Shown here piece by piece: positions 35,201 through 46,284 of a stretch of DNA of 55,713 bases. The position numbers were made by a program, and so were the translations under genes. Where the stretch lies: positions 1-55,713 of the forward strand of contig NIVC01004198.1 of assembly GCA_002269645.1 (NCBI GenBank). The letters are read 5' to 3'. Under the pieces are notes generated by a model. The model was not told the DNA's origin and did no database searches. It saw only the letters and a program-made list of their open reading frames with translations. The first letter of the stretch is position 1. Each line of letters begins with the position of its first letter. This DNA comes from Macrostomum lignano (taxonomy: Eukaryota).

Positions 35201-38200
35201 GCATCTCCTTGATTAAGAAGAAGATTACGAAACCTTTCAGGTAGCCGACGACACCGACTGTCCAGAATCGGTTCTGCTTGTACCTGTGGGAGTTGCAGGT
35301 TTTCACCATGTGAGCATCTTAAAATGTATTAAAAATTGCCGACAAAGTGTTTTGAGTAGAGAAGAATATAGTTCATTTATTGGTTAAATGCATGTACTTA
35401 ACGATTACGTAATGAATGTTCCTGTAATTTTGTATTTATGGAGGCAACACTGGACGTAAATTAGTAGAGGTAAATTTACTATGCCTAAAATTTTCTGAAC
35501 ACTACTCATCAGTAGAAACAGCGAAATATTGCATGTTTCAAATTACTAATAATGAACTTTTATTTGATGCTTTACTGATAGTACAAATATATGAAAAATA
35601 CGTCAAATAATCAGCAAAGAAAATGTACTAAATACTCTGTTAGTAGTAAATTATAAGCATTATCCATTCTGACATTTTAGATTGCTAAAATGTTTTAAAA
35701 ACTTGTCTTAGATAGTCGAATATAGTGATTTCGATTGAATATTGACAACTTGAGTACATGTAGATAGTCAGAGATTTGAAGATTAAAGCCTATGAACATG
35801 CCGTATCTAAATATTCATTTAGAAACAGCACATATGGATGGAAATGGAGTCACAAAGGAGTTAAAAACTGAGGAGAAGTTGCAGGTAGGAGGTAGTGAGT
35901 ATTGAGTACTGCAGCCTGGACCAGGACTCACCATGTCATGTCGTGCACGGTCATATTCGACCCGCTCTCAAGACACTTCTTGTACTCGCTTGCGTCGTTC
36001 TGCTCTTTGATCATGGACACGTTGATGAGGTGCCCGGTAAACAGGATGTTGAAGGCGAAGTAGGTGAGGAACAGCAGCAGGTAGAGGAAGAACACCGCCG
36101 GGAAGACGCGGTGAATGTACCGGTACACCAGCGGGTGCATCAGCATGCTGGTCAGATTGCGCCGCACCAACGTGAGAATCGGGTGCGGGACGCCCTCCTT
36201 TCGGGGCTGCTTCAGCTCGGCGTCGAAGAATTTATAGTTGAGCACGATCTTCTCAAACTGGCTGTTGCTGTCCTCGTCTTGGGTGGTCTTCTTCACCTGG
36301 ACGAATCTGGTGAAAGTGTGAGGCAGTTAATGAAGCGACTGGATAACGAATTCCGCAAGTCCCCGTTTGTATCAGGACTCAACGCTCATGTTTTATTAAA
36401 AATCTACGAGTATTTGAAGGCCAAATAATGAGTTGCTTTGGCAATAGACTAAATGAACAATCAGTTGGTTTAGCCATAGACTAGATGAATAATGAGCTGG
36501 TTTGGCCATAGACAGATGCTAATGAGAGAAAGAGATAGAATTATATCAGGAGCATTTTCCTAAATTTGATCAATAAACTGATGAAGCCACCTGGGACCAA
36601 ACATATTGAAGAATGGAATCTTTCATTCCTCACCTGTCCATCACCGCCATGACCAGTTCGGGCTCGTTATCAAACAGAGCGCAAGGATTGGCCCTGTCCA
36701 TGTAGTACTCCTCCCAGTGCGGCTGCGTCATTGTGGCCCTGACAATGTCATTGTCCTTCATCTTCCACAGGTTCTGAATGTAAGTGCACTTGGCTCCGCG
36801 CGACAGCAGCACCTTGGCTGTGCGGATGTCGCCAGTGATGACCGGATAGTCAAGCGGCCGGCGCTCGTTGCCGCCCTCCATGTAGACGAGGTCGGGCTTG
36901 TTCAGCCTGGTCAGGTAGAAGCCCAGGTCGCGCTGGAAGGCGTAGTCCTGTGACACCTGGTGCACGACGACAGGCGACCGGAACACCGTCAGGTTCTCGT
37001 TCCAGTAGCGAATTCTGGCCCGGTGTTGGGCGAAGTCCGCCTTGGACTCCAGCCGCATCGGCTTGCCAAGCCGGCGCAGGTCGAACGCGGTGCCCTCGAC
37101 CATCTCGGTCCAGACCTCGCGAACCGTTGGCAGCACAACGCGGTGCCACAGGTTGACAAACTCGGCGTCATCGTGCCGCTCCATGCCAGTCGGGAGCAGG
37201 TCCTTGTCACCCGGCAGCCGCAGGTACTCGTTCAGCTTGGCGATGTCTGGCTGGACGCCTTGCGCCTCGCACTCGGCTAGAAACTTCTGCGCCACCTCCA
37301 GCCGGTGGTAGATGCAGCTGACGAAGATCTCGTAGATGTCGTCGAACTCTATGAGGGTGGCCGTGGACTCCTTGCTGCGCATTGACAGGCAGAGGTGCAG
37401 GGCGTAGCCGCGCTCGATCTCGTCCAGAACGCCAGTGTCGTCCGAGGCGAATCGCAGCTGATTCTTAAACTTCGTGAACGGAACCTCGTGCCGCACCAGG
37501 TAGTACTTCATGGTGTAGTACTGCAGGTACCTGAGAATCACCTGCCGGATCATGCCTTTGCTGCTGAGCAGAGAGGCCAGCTGCAGCGGCGAGGCGCCGC
37601 CCAGATGGAACTGATTGTCCACGATCATCTCCCGCAGCGGCCAGTCAAGGAAGTCCAGCATGCCGGCCGTGCAGAACGACTGGCCGATCGGCTGCGGGGC
37701 CAACAGCAGGCGGCGCACCCTGGCGTAGTACAAGTCTGGCGAGGCGAGCTCGCGCACGCACAGGTAGCTGTCCAGCAGGACGCCCAGGTGAAGGGCAACG
37801 CCGCCGGCCATGGCCACGTCCGGCTTGGTGGCCTCGCTGGCTTTGTTGATCCAGGCGCGAAACGTGGTGAACGGCTGCACGGGGTTGGCCCCGGCCCGCA
37901 GCAGGTCGCGAATGATCTCAGCGTTGGTGACCGCCGTAGCCACGTGCAGCGGAGTGGCGTCGTCCAACTCGATGGTGTGCGTGTTCGACTCCTCCTCGAT
38001 GTTCACCTTCTGCTGGAACTTCACCCTGGAGCGGCACTCGTTGGTCAGCTCTGGCCGGTCCTTCAGCAGCGCCCGGACCATGTCGTTGTCAAACTGGCAG
38101 ATGCTGTGGTACAGCTCCTGGGCCGACCTGTCCCCCAGGGGCAGCATCTCGAACAAGATGAGCTCCACCGCCGGCACTGTGCGGTTGGGTGCAGGGAATA

Positions 38201-38782
38201 ATATTAGTGAAATTTTCAGCCGGCAGTAAAAGAGGAGATTCCCCCTGACAGTGTTTTTACTGCGCCAGAGCCTTTTGTTGCACGCCATCTCAAACAAGAA
38301 TCAAGTCGCCAGCCCTTCAGACCGTCAAGATATTCACCGATTCATTCAGTCATCCAGTGTCACCTGCTGAAGGTACCCGACGCCGTCAAGATGATGACTG
38401 AATTCGAGTATCCCTAGCAGTTGAGGCTCGCCACAAAGTCGAGGTTCGATCCGAAAAAAATTGACGTAGCTACCCGTACATGTACAACAGGGTCTCCATA
38501 GTCACCATACATACATAGAAATCATTAAATAATCGAGGCTCACCACTGCATTCGGAAGACATCGGGTGTTGGTGTAAATAGCCAAGTATTGCTAGGAACC
38601 CATTCTAGATTTGGATCCAAATATTATAGTAGCATGTAAGTCTTTGATATGTGCCCTGCCAGTCTGTGCAGTTTGGGATTTAGCCACGCGCTAATACATG
38701 CAATCGCTTATATTCCTCACACTCACTCACCAGCCAGCGCCCTCGACAAGTCAACAAAGGGATCGGACTCGTCCGGCTCCAT
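32218..38782 (-). CDS. TRPA-like ankyrin-repeat cation channel; complement(join(32218..32880,33589..34131,34839..35283,35932..36306,36634..38176,38731..38782)), about 1206 aa
   Basis: Ankyrin motifs (ATPLHVA, VALHLG, ASPLQLA, YALHLC, RPLDYP); pre-S1 LLMHPLV..Y; six TM segments; pore LK|VFVMGTGELTF; S6/TRP-like helix NLLVGLAVDDISQIQRRAQLKRLALQ, a TRPA hallmark; C-terminal coiled coil. All five introns are GT-AG with matching phases (1,2,2,0,0). The 52-nt first exon is less certain. Confidence 0.85.
33190..33410 (+). mobile_element. Degenerate Crypton/DUF3504-like tyrosine-recombinase fragment in TRP intron 5 (antisense to the host gene)
   Basis: LMAMVVDGCVPEDTKKKASWIIKTFIEWHSQKK, then after frameshifts KELL.MSKSDL, matches the recalled Crypton core-binding pattern VP.NT.K.T.W....F..W...L..M...EL. 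No catalytic domain is visible. Confidence 0.5.
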
Positions 38783-39104
38783 AGCTGTCTCAGACACCGC
38801 TCTGGCTTGACTGTCTGACTGTCCTGCGCGCCGCTCGGCCGAGTGCATGCTGTCTCAAGGGAGGGGACCCGGCCTGTGAACTCGGAGAGCTGACCTCACC
38901 TTGCGGGCGGGCGGTCACAGTTATTCTCACTGGGGAATGGAGGCCGTTCTTATCAGAAACTTCTTATCGCTGTTGTTCGCAATGCAGGCTCGAATTCTGC
39001 GAGCCAGTTTCGTCCGGTGAGACAGGCAGAGAGGCAGGCAGGTAATGAGAAACTTATTGAAAGGATAGAGGGAGACAGCGAGAGGGAGAGTAAGGAGACT
39101 AGGG

Positions 39105-39815
39105 AGGGTAGGAAGGGAGGGAGAGTGGGGGGTGAAGGGAGAGTAGGGGATGAGTGAGAGTGGGGAGTGAGGGAGAGTGGGGAGTGAGGGAGAGTAGGGA
39201 GTGAGGGAGAGTGGGGAGTGGGGGAGAGTGAGGAGTGAAAGAGACTAGGGAGTGAGGGAGAGTAGGGTGTGAGGGAGAGTGGGGAGTGAGGGAGAGTGAG
39301 GAGTGAGGGAGAGTAGGGAGTGAGGGAGAGTAGGGTGTGAGGGAGAGTGGGGAGTGAGGGAGAGTGAGGAGTTGAGGGAGAGTAGTGAGTGAGAGATAGT
39401 GGGGGCGTAAGGTAGAGTAGGGATTGAGGGAGAGTAGGGAGTGAGGGAGAGTGGGGAGTGAGAGATAGTGGGGGCGTAAGGTAGAGTAGGGTGTGAGGGA
39501 GAGTGAGGAGTGAGGGAGATTGAGGAGTTGAGGGAGAGTGAGGTGTGAGGGAGAGTGGGGAGTGAGGGAGAGTGGGGAGTGAGGGAGAGTGGGGAGTGAG
39601 GGAGAGTGGGGAGTGAGGGAGAGTGGGGAGTGAGGGAGAGTGGGGAGTGAGAGAGAGTGGGGAGTGAGGGAGAGTGGGGAGTGAGGGAGAGTGGGGAGTG
39701 AGGGAGAGTGGGGAGTGAGGGAGAGTGGGGAGTGAGGGAGAGTGGGGAGTGAGGGAGAGTGGGGAGTGAGGGAGAGTGGGGAGTGAGGGAGAGTGGGGAG
39801 TGAGGGAGAGTAGTG
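39105..39815. repeat. Polypurine/polypyrimidine minisatellite, 17-bp unit GGGGAGTGAGGGAGAGT with variants, about 40 copies
   Basis: Direct inspection; lies between the CYP 3' end and the TRP 5' end. Confidence 0.95.
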
Positions 39816-39930
39816 AGAACAGGCTGAAAGAGGAAAAGGGAGGCAAAAGACAAGCGTCTTTGAGAATCAAAGCAAAAACAGCAAGTTAAAGAGACGTAAT
39901 TTCCTGTCCACCAAACGGACTCCAAATCAT

Positions 39931-39936
39931 TTTATT
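39931..39936 (-). promoter_or_regulatory. Candidate polyadenylation signal for the CYP gene
   Basis: AATAAA on the - strand about 80 nt after the stop codon, followed by U-rich sequence. Confidence 0.5.
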
Positions 39937-40016
39937 CTTTCAATATAAAAAATATATTTAATTTTCAGTAGACTACTGTTCAGTGAGAAGAGTAGTATTC
40001 AAAGGTCAGATAAAAA

Positions 40017-43000
40017 TTAACAGGCCGAGCCAAGCGGCTCAAACAGGATTTCATGGGGCGGCAGCGAGCGCAACAGGGCGCCGCTGAAGTTGGCCTGCCG
40101 GTCCATCAGGTCGGCCAGGTCGCGCCGGTCCCCGGAGGACTTCAGGCGGAAGCTGAACCGCTGCATGATGGCGGAGAAGAACACGAATAGCTCAGTACGG
40201 GCGAGGCCCTCGCCCAGGCAGGAGCGTCGGCCGGAGCCGAACGAGGCCAGGGTGGCGCAGGGCTCAAAGCGGCCATCCAGTCCGAGGTGCCGCTCCGGTC
40301 GAAAGGCGTCCGGCTCGGGGAACAGGTCGGGGTCGCGGTGGATGGCGTACACGTTGAACATGACCAGGGAGTCGCGGGGCAGGCGGTACTCGCCGATGCT
40401 GATGTCGTCCAGGAGGCGGTGCGCCAGGCCGAGGGGCACCAGACTGGCGATCCTGCGGAGTGCCGGAGATGGGTAGGGAGGTGAGGAGGAGGCTGCACTG
40501 ATCAGCTTCATTCTGATGCGGAACTGTTCCCAAGGAAAAGTAGGACTGATTTGACCTCAACCTCACCAACCTGTGCACCTCCTCCAGCGTGGCCTGCGTG
40601 TAATTCAACACCTTGCGGTCTTGCAGCCCCGGCAGCCGGTGGTCGCCGATCTCTCGGCGAATCTCTTCGCGGACAAGCCGCGCCGCCTCCGGCTGCCGCA
40701 GCATCAGCAGCAGCGCCCAGCGCAGCGTGTTCGACGTAGTGTCGGTGCCGGCGATGAACAGATCGGCAACGGCCAGCGACAGTCGGGTGTCGTTGAACAC
40801 GCCGGAGTCCGGCGCCGCCTGCCGGATCATGTGCGCCTCGATGAAGTCGCGCGGCTCTGCCGCCATGTGGGCGCCGTGGGCGACCCGCTGGCGCTCGCAG
40901 AAGCGCATCAGCTGGGTGAAGCTGCCCACCACCTGGCGCGAGGCCGGGGTGGAGCTGAGCAGCCGCACTAGCGGGCTGCACCAGCCAATCAGCGGGTCCA
41001 GCGCCATGAAGATGTAGTTGTGCACATTCGACTCCTCGTTCTGCGTCAATCGGCTGAAATGCTCCAACAGTTCGGCGAACTGCGGCTCCTCGGAGGCCAG
41101 GCGGCTGCCGAACACCAGCTGGCAGACGACGTTGGCCGAGGCTGTGCTGAGCGGCAGGGCCGTGTCCACCGGCTTGCCGGATGACAGGGCGGCCAGCAGC
41201 TGGACCGCCTCTTCCTGGGTGTCGTCGGGATAAAGTGGGAAGGGGTGAGTAATGCTCATCTGAGACACTTAGCCATGGTAATCTGAGACACTTAGCCCTG
41301 CTCATCTGAGACACTTAGCCATGGTAATCTGAGACACTTAGCCCTGCTCATCTGAGACACTTAGCCATGGTAATCTGAGACACTTAGCCCTGCTCATCTG
41401 AGACACTTAGCCCTGCTCATCTGAGACACTTAGCCATACCTATCTGAGACACTTAGCCATGCTCATCTGAGACACTTAGCCCTGCTCATCTGAGACACTT
41501 AGCCATGCTCATCTGAGACACTTAGCCATGGTAATCTGAGACACTTAGCCATGGTAATCTGAGACACTTAGCCATGCTCATCTGAGACACTTAGCCATGC
41601 CCATCTGAGACACTTAGCCATGGTAATCTGAGACACTTAGCCCTGCTCATCTGAGACACTTAGCCATGGTAATCTGAGACACTTAGCCATGCTCATCTGA
41701 GACACTTAGCCCTGCTCATCTGAGACTGTTAGTCATGCCCATCTGAGACACTTAGCCATGGTAATCTGAGACACTTAGCCCTGCTCATCTGAGACACTTA
41801 GCCCTGCTCATCTGAGACACTTAGCCATGCTCATCTGAGACACTTAGCCATGGTAATCTGAGACACTTAGCCATGGTAATCTGAGACACTTAGCCATGCT
41901 CATCTGAGACACTTAGCCATGCTCATCTGAGACACTTAGCCATGCCCATCTGAGACACTTAGCCATACCTATCTGAGACACTTAGCCATGGTAATCTGAG
42001 ACACTTAGCCATGCCCATCTGAGACACTTAGCCATGCTCATCTGAGACACTTAGCCATGCTCATCTGAGACACTTAGCCATGCTCATCTGAGACACTTAG
42101 CCATGCCTATCTGAGACACTTAGCCCTGCTCATCTGAGACACATAGCCATGCTCATCTGAGACACTTAGCCATGGTAATCTGAGACACTTAGCCATACCT
42201 ATCTGAGACACTTAGCCATGCCCATCTGAGATACTTAGCCATACCTATCTGAGACACTTAGCCATGCTCATCTGAGACACTTAGCCCTGCTCATCTGAGA
42301 CTGTTAGTCATGCCCATCTGAGACACTTAGCCATGGTAATCTGAGACACTTAGCCCTGCTCATCTGAGACACTTAGCCATGCTCATCTGAGACACTTAGC
42401 CATGCTCATCTGAGACACTTAGCCCTGCTCATCTGAGACTGTTAGTCATGCCCATCTGAGATACTTAGCCATGGTAATCTGAGACACTTAGCCATGGTAA
42501 TCTGAGACACTTAGCCCTGCTCATCTGAGACTGTTAGTCATGCCCATCTGAGATACTTAGCCATGGTAATCTGAGACACTTAGCCATGCTGCCCTGACCT
42601 GCACGATCTCCTCAACGCCCCGCCTGCCCAGCCCCAGGTCTCGCAGGGTCTGCAGCGTGAACCGTCGATAGTCGCGCCAAATTTTGCCGTCGCTGGCCAC
42701 GATGCCGCCGTAGTCGCCGAACAGCACGGAGGTGATGTGCTGAGTCGGCCGGCCAGTCAGCGACTCGGCATTGTCCAGCATGGCCGCTTTGAACTCGGCC
42801 CACCTGCTGAGCACGTACACCCGCTGGGTGCCGAAGTGCATCAGCAGCACTCCGCAGTTGGGGAATCTCTCGTACAGGTAGTGAAACCAAGGCTCTCGCA
42901 GGTGGAACATCGAACCGATCAGTGGATAGCCGCCGGGGCCTGGAGGCTCAGGGCCGGACACGCGCCGGCCGCGCTGGACAAAGAAGAAGAAGAGGCAGGC

Positions 43001-43039
43001 CAAGGCCGCTGCCACTGCTATGCCTGCAGCTGATAGCAT
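40017..43039 (-). CDS. Cytochrome P450, CYP2 clan; complement(join(40017..40452,40571..41214,42599..43039)), 506 aa
   Basis: N-terminal anchor and PPGP.GYPLIG hinge; W...RRF.L.TLRDLGLG; I-helix LFIAGTDTT; ExxR (EVHR); PERH; heme-binding FGSGRRSCLGEGLA. Intron phases 0 and 2 join cleanly. Confidence 0.95.
41251..42589. repeat. Intronic minisatellite (CYP intron 1), 23-bp unit CTGAGACACTTAGCCATGCTCAT with variants, about 58 copies
   Basis: Direct inspection; leaves only about 45 unique nt in a 1384-nt intron. Confidence 0.97.
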
Positions 43040-43489
43040 TAGAGTGCTTGGCTTTACTGACTTGCAATTTTAGTTTCTTTCAATAACAGTTGGCATTGAA
43101 TGCGTATTTGAGGCAGTGTAACATTTGACCTCTATCTGTCACTTCTCTATCTCCTCTGCTTCGCGAGCCATTTTGGATGCAACAAAACCGGCCCACCCCT
43201 CCACTCTCTACAATTCCAAAGGTTGCTTCCAGATTAATAAGGCGAGATAAGATACACCGACTGCGCTGCCAGATTTCGGTTGTGTTCGAACTCGAACTTT
43301 CGAACTTACATGTAAGTTCAGTACGAAACCGAGTACTTTTGATAACAACTTCTGACAGTTCGAAAACGATAATACGAATACAATAAACAGCTATAAAAAT
43401 TGCTACGGCAGCCATGGACAACTGCGGTAGAAGTTGTCTATGGCGAAAACCCCATTCGCCATACTACGTCGTAAATGCCACTGGCGATG

Positions 43490-43553
43490 TGATAAATCAA
43501 GGACTACTTAACAACTTGTTAAGTAGTGTTGTTAAGTAGTCCTTGTGATAAAT
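43490..43553. mobile_element. 48-bp transposon footprint or micro-element: 18-bp perfect inverted repeats, 12-bp filler, 8-bp direct flanks
   Basis: TGATAAAT (43490-43497), CAAGGACTACTTAACAAC, TTGTTAAGTAGT, GTTGTTAAGTAGTCCTTG, TGATAAAT (43546-43553). Confidence 0.7.
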
Positions 43554-43757
43554 ATGCGTTCCTTTAGCGGCCCCCAGCTCGTTTCCAAGAAAATCTAGTG
43601 TAGCGTTCCTCTACCGCAGTTGTCCATGATGGCATACTACTGACGAGTAGTTAGCTAGACTGAAAGCCAATCAGAGCTTCATAAAAGTTTCACAGAACCA
43701 CTCTTATAAAACTACGGCAACATTAACGCACACATCATTTGCAGGCATGTTTTACGA

Positions 43758-44095
43758 GCCCGTAGCCCAGTGGCCGAGCGCGGCGCTCTGGTGTACCAGC
43801 GGCCCAGGCTCGATTCCAAGTGCAGTCACATTAATTTGGGGCTAAATTGGAATCTCGGTTTGGCTCTGCTCGTGCAATTAACGGCCTTGAGGGCCAACCC
43901 CCCCCCCCCCAGGCACAGTGAAGTGTACATGCCTAACGATAAATAAAGTTAGGGCCGCTGTACACTCCTGTCCTGTGCGTATGACTGCGTACATATCCGC
44001 GCGCTTGTGTGCCTGCTGAGGGGAGTCGGCGGAATGGGCAGGTAATGCCTCTCGCCGGTTGTGTAACAATGTTGCTTAGGGTGCACACAGCATAT
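43758..44095 (+). mobile_element. tRNA-derived SINE, longer copy with LINE-like 3' tail
   Basis: Pol III A box (TAGCCCAGTGG) and B box (GGCTCGATTCC); about 200 bp similar to the copy at 46033; extends into a tail containing GCGGAATGGGC. Confidence 0.75.
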
Positions 44096-44705
44096 ATTTT
44101 CTGTAATTCATATACTTCATTTGAGGTATCAATCATTTTATAATTTTGGGGATTTTTGGGATTTCAAGACTTGTAACAATTGTCAAACTAAAGTAACCTG
44201 TAAACATGGAGTGTTCAGACTTTTGCAACTTCTGTGAGCCAGAGACACTCATCAATCTAAAGGTCATGGTGGCGATATTGACATTTTATTTGATTTTTAA
44301 TTAAATTTCCTGACATTGATAGACAAATTGTACAAAACGGTTTCATATGGAATTAATTAGCACTAAAAGAGCAGTGAAAATGCATAAATTATAACACACT
44401 CAGAATACAAATCACCGATACTGCTAATAAGGATAAATAGATATGTAATTTTACAGAATCATGAATGCCAATATTTAATATAAGTGCACAATTAATGTAG
44501 CATAACTTTGATTTTTTATTATCGTGTGAAAATGGCCTTCACCAATATAAGCGAGATTATAACCAAGCAAATACAAATTTATATAGCAAGTGACATAGTT
44601 ACCACTATTAGTAGTCAATACTCTGGCAGGCTTAGGTTTTGAAAATGCGAATAAACGCTTCAATTATTACGAGTGTAATAAAAACGCTGGTAGGAGGCAG
44701 ATAGC

Positions 44706-45855
44706 GAGTAGAGTAGCAGGGTAAAGAGTGTAGTAAGTAGGGTAGGGTGTAGTAAGTAGGGTAGGGTGTAGAAAGTAGGGTAGGGTGTAGAAGGTAGGGT
44801 AGGGTGTAGTAAGTAGGGTAGGGTGTAGAAAGTAGGGTAGGGTGTAGTAAGTAGGGTAGGGTGTAGTAAGTAGGGTAGGGTGTAGAAAGTAGGGTAGGGT
44901 GTAGAAAGTAGGGTAGGGTGTAGTAAGTAGGGTAGGGTGTAGTAAGTAGGGTAGGGTGTAGTAAGTAGGGTGTAGTAAGTAGGGTAGGGTGTAGAAAGTA
45001 GGGTAGGGTGTAGTAAGTAGGGTAGGGTGTAGTAAGTAGGGTAGGGTGTAGTAAGTAGGGTAGGGTGTAGTAAGTAGGGTAGGGTGTAGAAAGTAGGGTA
45101 GGGTGTAGTAAGTAGGGTGTAGTAAGTAGGGTAGGGTGTAGAAAGTAGGGTAGGGTGTAGTAAGTAGGGTAGGGTGTAGTAAGTAGGGTAGGGTGTAGAA
45201 AGTAGGGTAGGGTGTAGAAAGTAGGGTAGGGTGTAGAAAGTAGGGTAGGGTGTAGTAAGTAGGGTGTAGTAAGTAGGGTAGGGAGTAGAAAGTAGGGTAG
45301 GGTGTAGTAAGTAGGGTAGGGTGTAGTAAGTAGGGTAGGGTGTAGAAAGTAGGGTAGGGTGTAGTAAGTAGGGTGTAGTAAGTAGGGTAGGGAGTAGAAA
45401 GTAGGGTAGGGTGTAGTAAGTAGGGTAGGGTGTAGTAAGTAGGGTAGGGTGTAGAAAGTAGGGTAGGGTGTAGTAAGTAGGGTAGGGTGTAGTAAGTAGG
45501 GTAGGGTGTAGTAAGTAGGGTAGGGTGTAGTAAGTAGGGTGTAGTAAGTAGGGTAGGGTGTAGTAAGTAGGGTAGGGTGTAGTAAGTAGGGTAGGGTGTA
45601 GAAAGTAGGGTAGGGTGTAGTAAGTAGGGTGTAGTAAGTAGGGTAGGGTGTAGAAAGTAGGGTAGGGTGTAGTAAGTAGGGTAGGGTGTAGTAAGTAGGG
45701 TAGGGTGTAGTGAGTAGGGTGTAGTAAGTAGGGTAGGGTGTAGAAAGTAGGGTAGGGTGTAGTAAGTAGGGTAGGGTGTAGTAAGTAGGGTAGGGTGTAG
45801 TAAGTAGGGTAGGGTTTTGAAAGTAGGGTAAGGTGTATAAAGTAGGGTAGGGTGG
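44706..45855. repeat. G-rich minisatellite, 19-bp unit GTAGGGTAGGGTGTAGTAA (14-bp and AGAAA variants), about 60 copies
   Basis: Direct inspection. Confidence 0.97.
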
Positions 45856-46032
45856 AGATGGGCTAAAGTCTCCAGACCAAAAACTAGGCCACTAGCGAAC
45901 ACAGCGACAAGATAAAACAATTTACAAGCTGTATGCGATTACGCGAAAACTGGCTTGACTTGATGGCGCTGTTAATAAGGCTGGTAGGGTTTACAGAGTA
46001 AAAATTTTCAAACATTTCTCCCCCAGTCATAA

Positions 46033-46237
46033 GCTGTAGCTCAGTGGCCCAGCGCGGCGCTCTGATGTGCCAGCGGCCCAGGCTCGATTCCAAGTGCAGT
46101 CACATTAATTTGGGGCTGAATCGGAATCTCAGCTTGGCTCTGCTCGTCCAATCAACGCCCTTGAGGGCCAACCCCCAGGCACAGTGAAGTGTACATGCCT
46201 AACGATTGATAAGTTTAGGGCCGCGGCATACAGCCCC
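46033..46237 (+). mobile_element. tRNA-derived SINE, 3'-truncated copy
   Basis: A box TAGCTCAGTGG, B box GGCTCGATTCC; body matches 43758-43968. Confidence 0.75.
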
Positions 46238-46284
46238 TGCTTCTTAAAAAAGGGAAAAACAAATTAAAAATGCTACTGAGCAGT

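Noticed and set aside
37395-38201. 268-aa + strand ORF antisense to TRP exon 2 (and similar shadows over CYP, KHDRBS and MBTPS2)
   Set aside because: Mirror of strongly GC3-biased codons on the real strand; no domain features.
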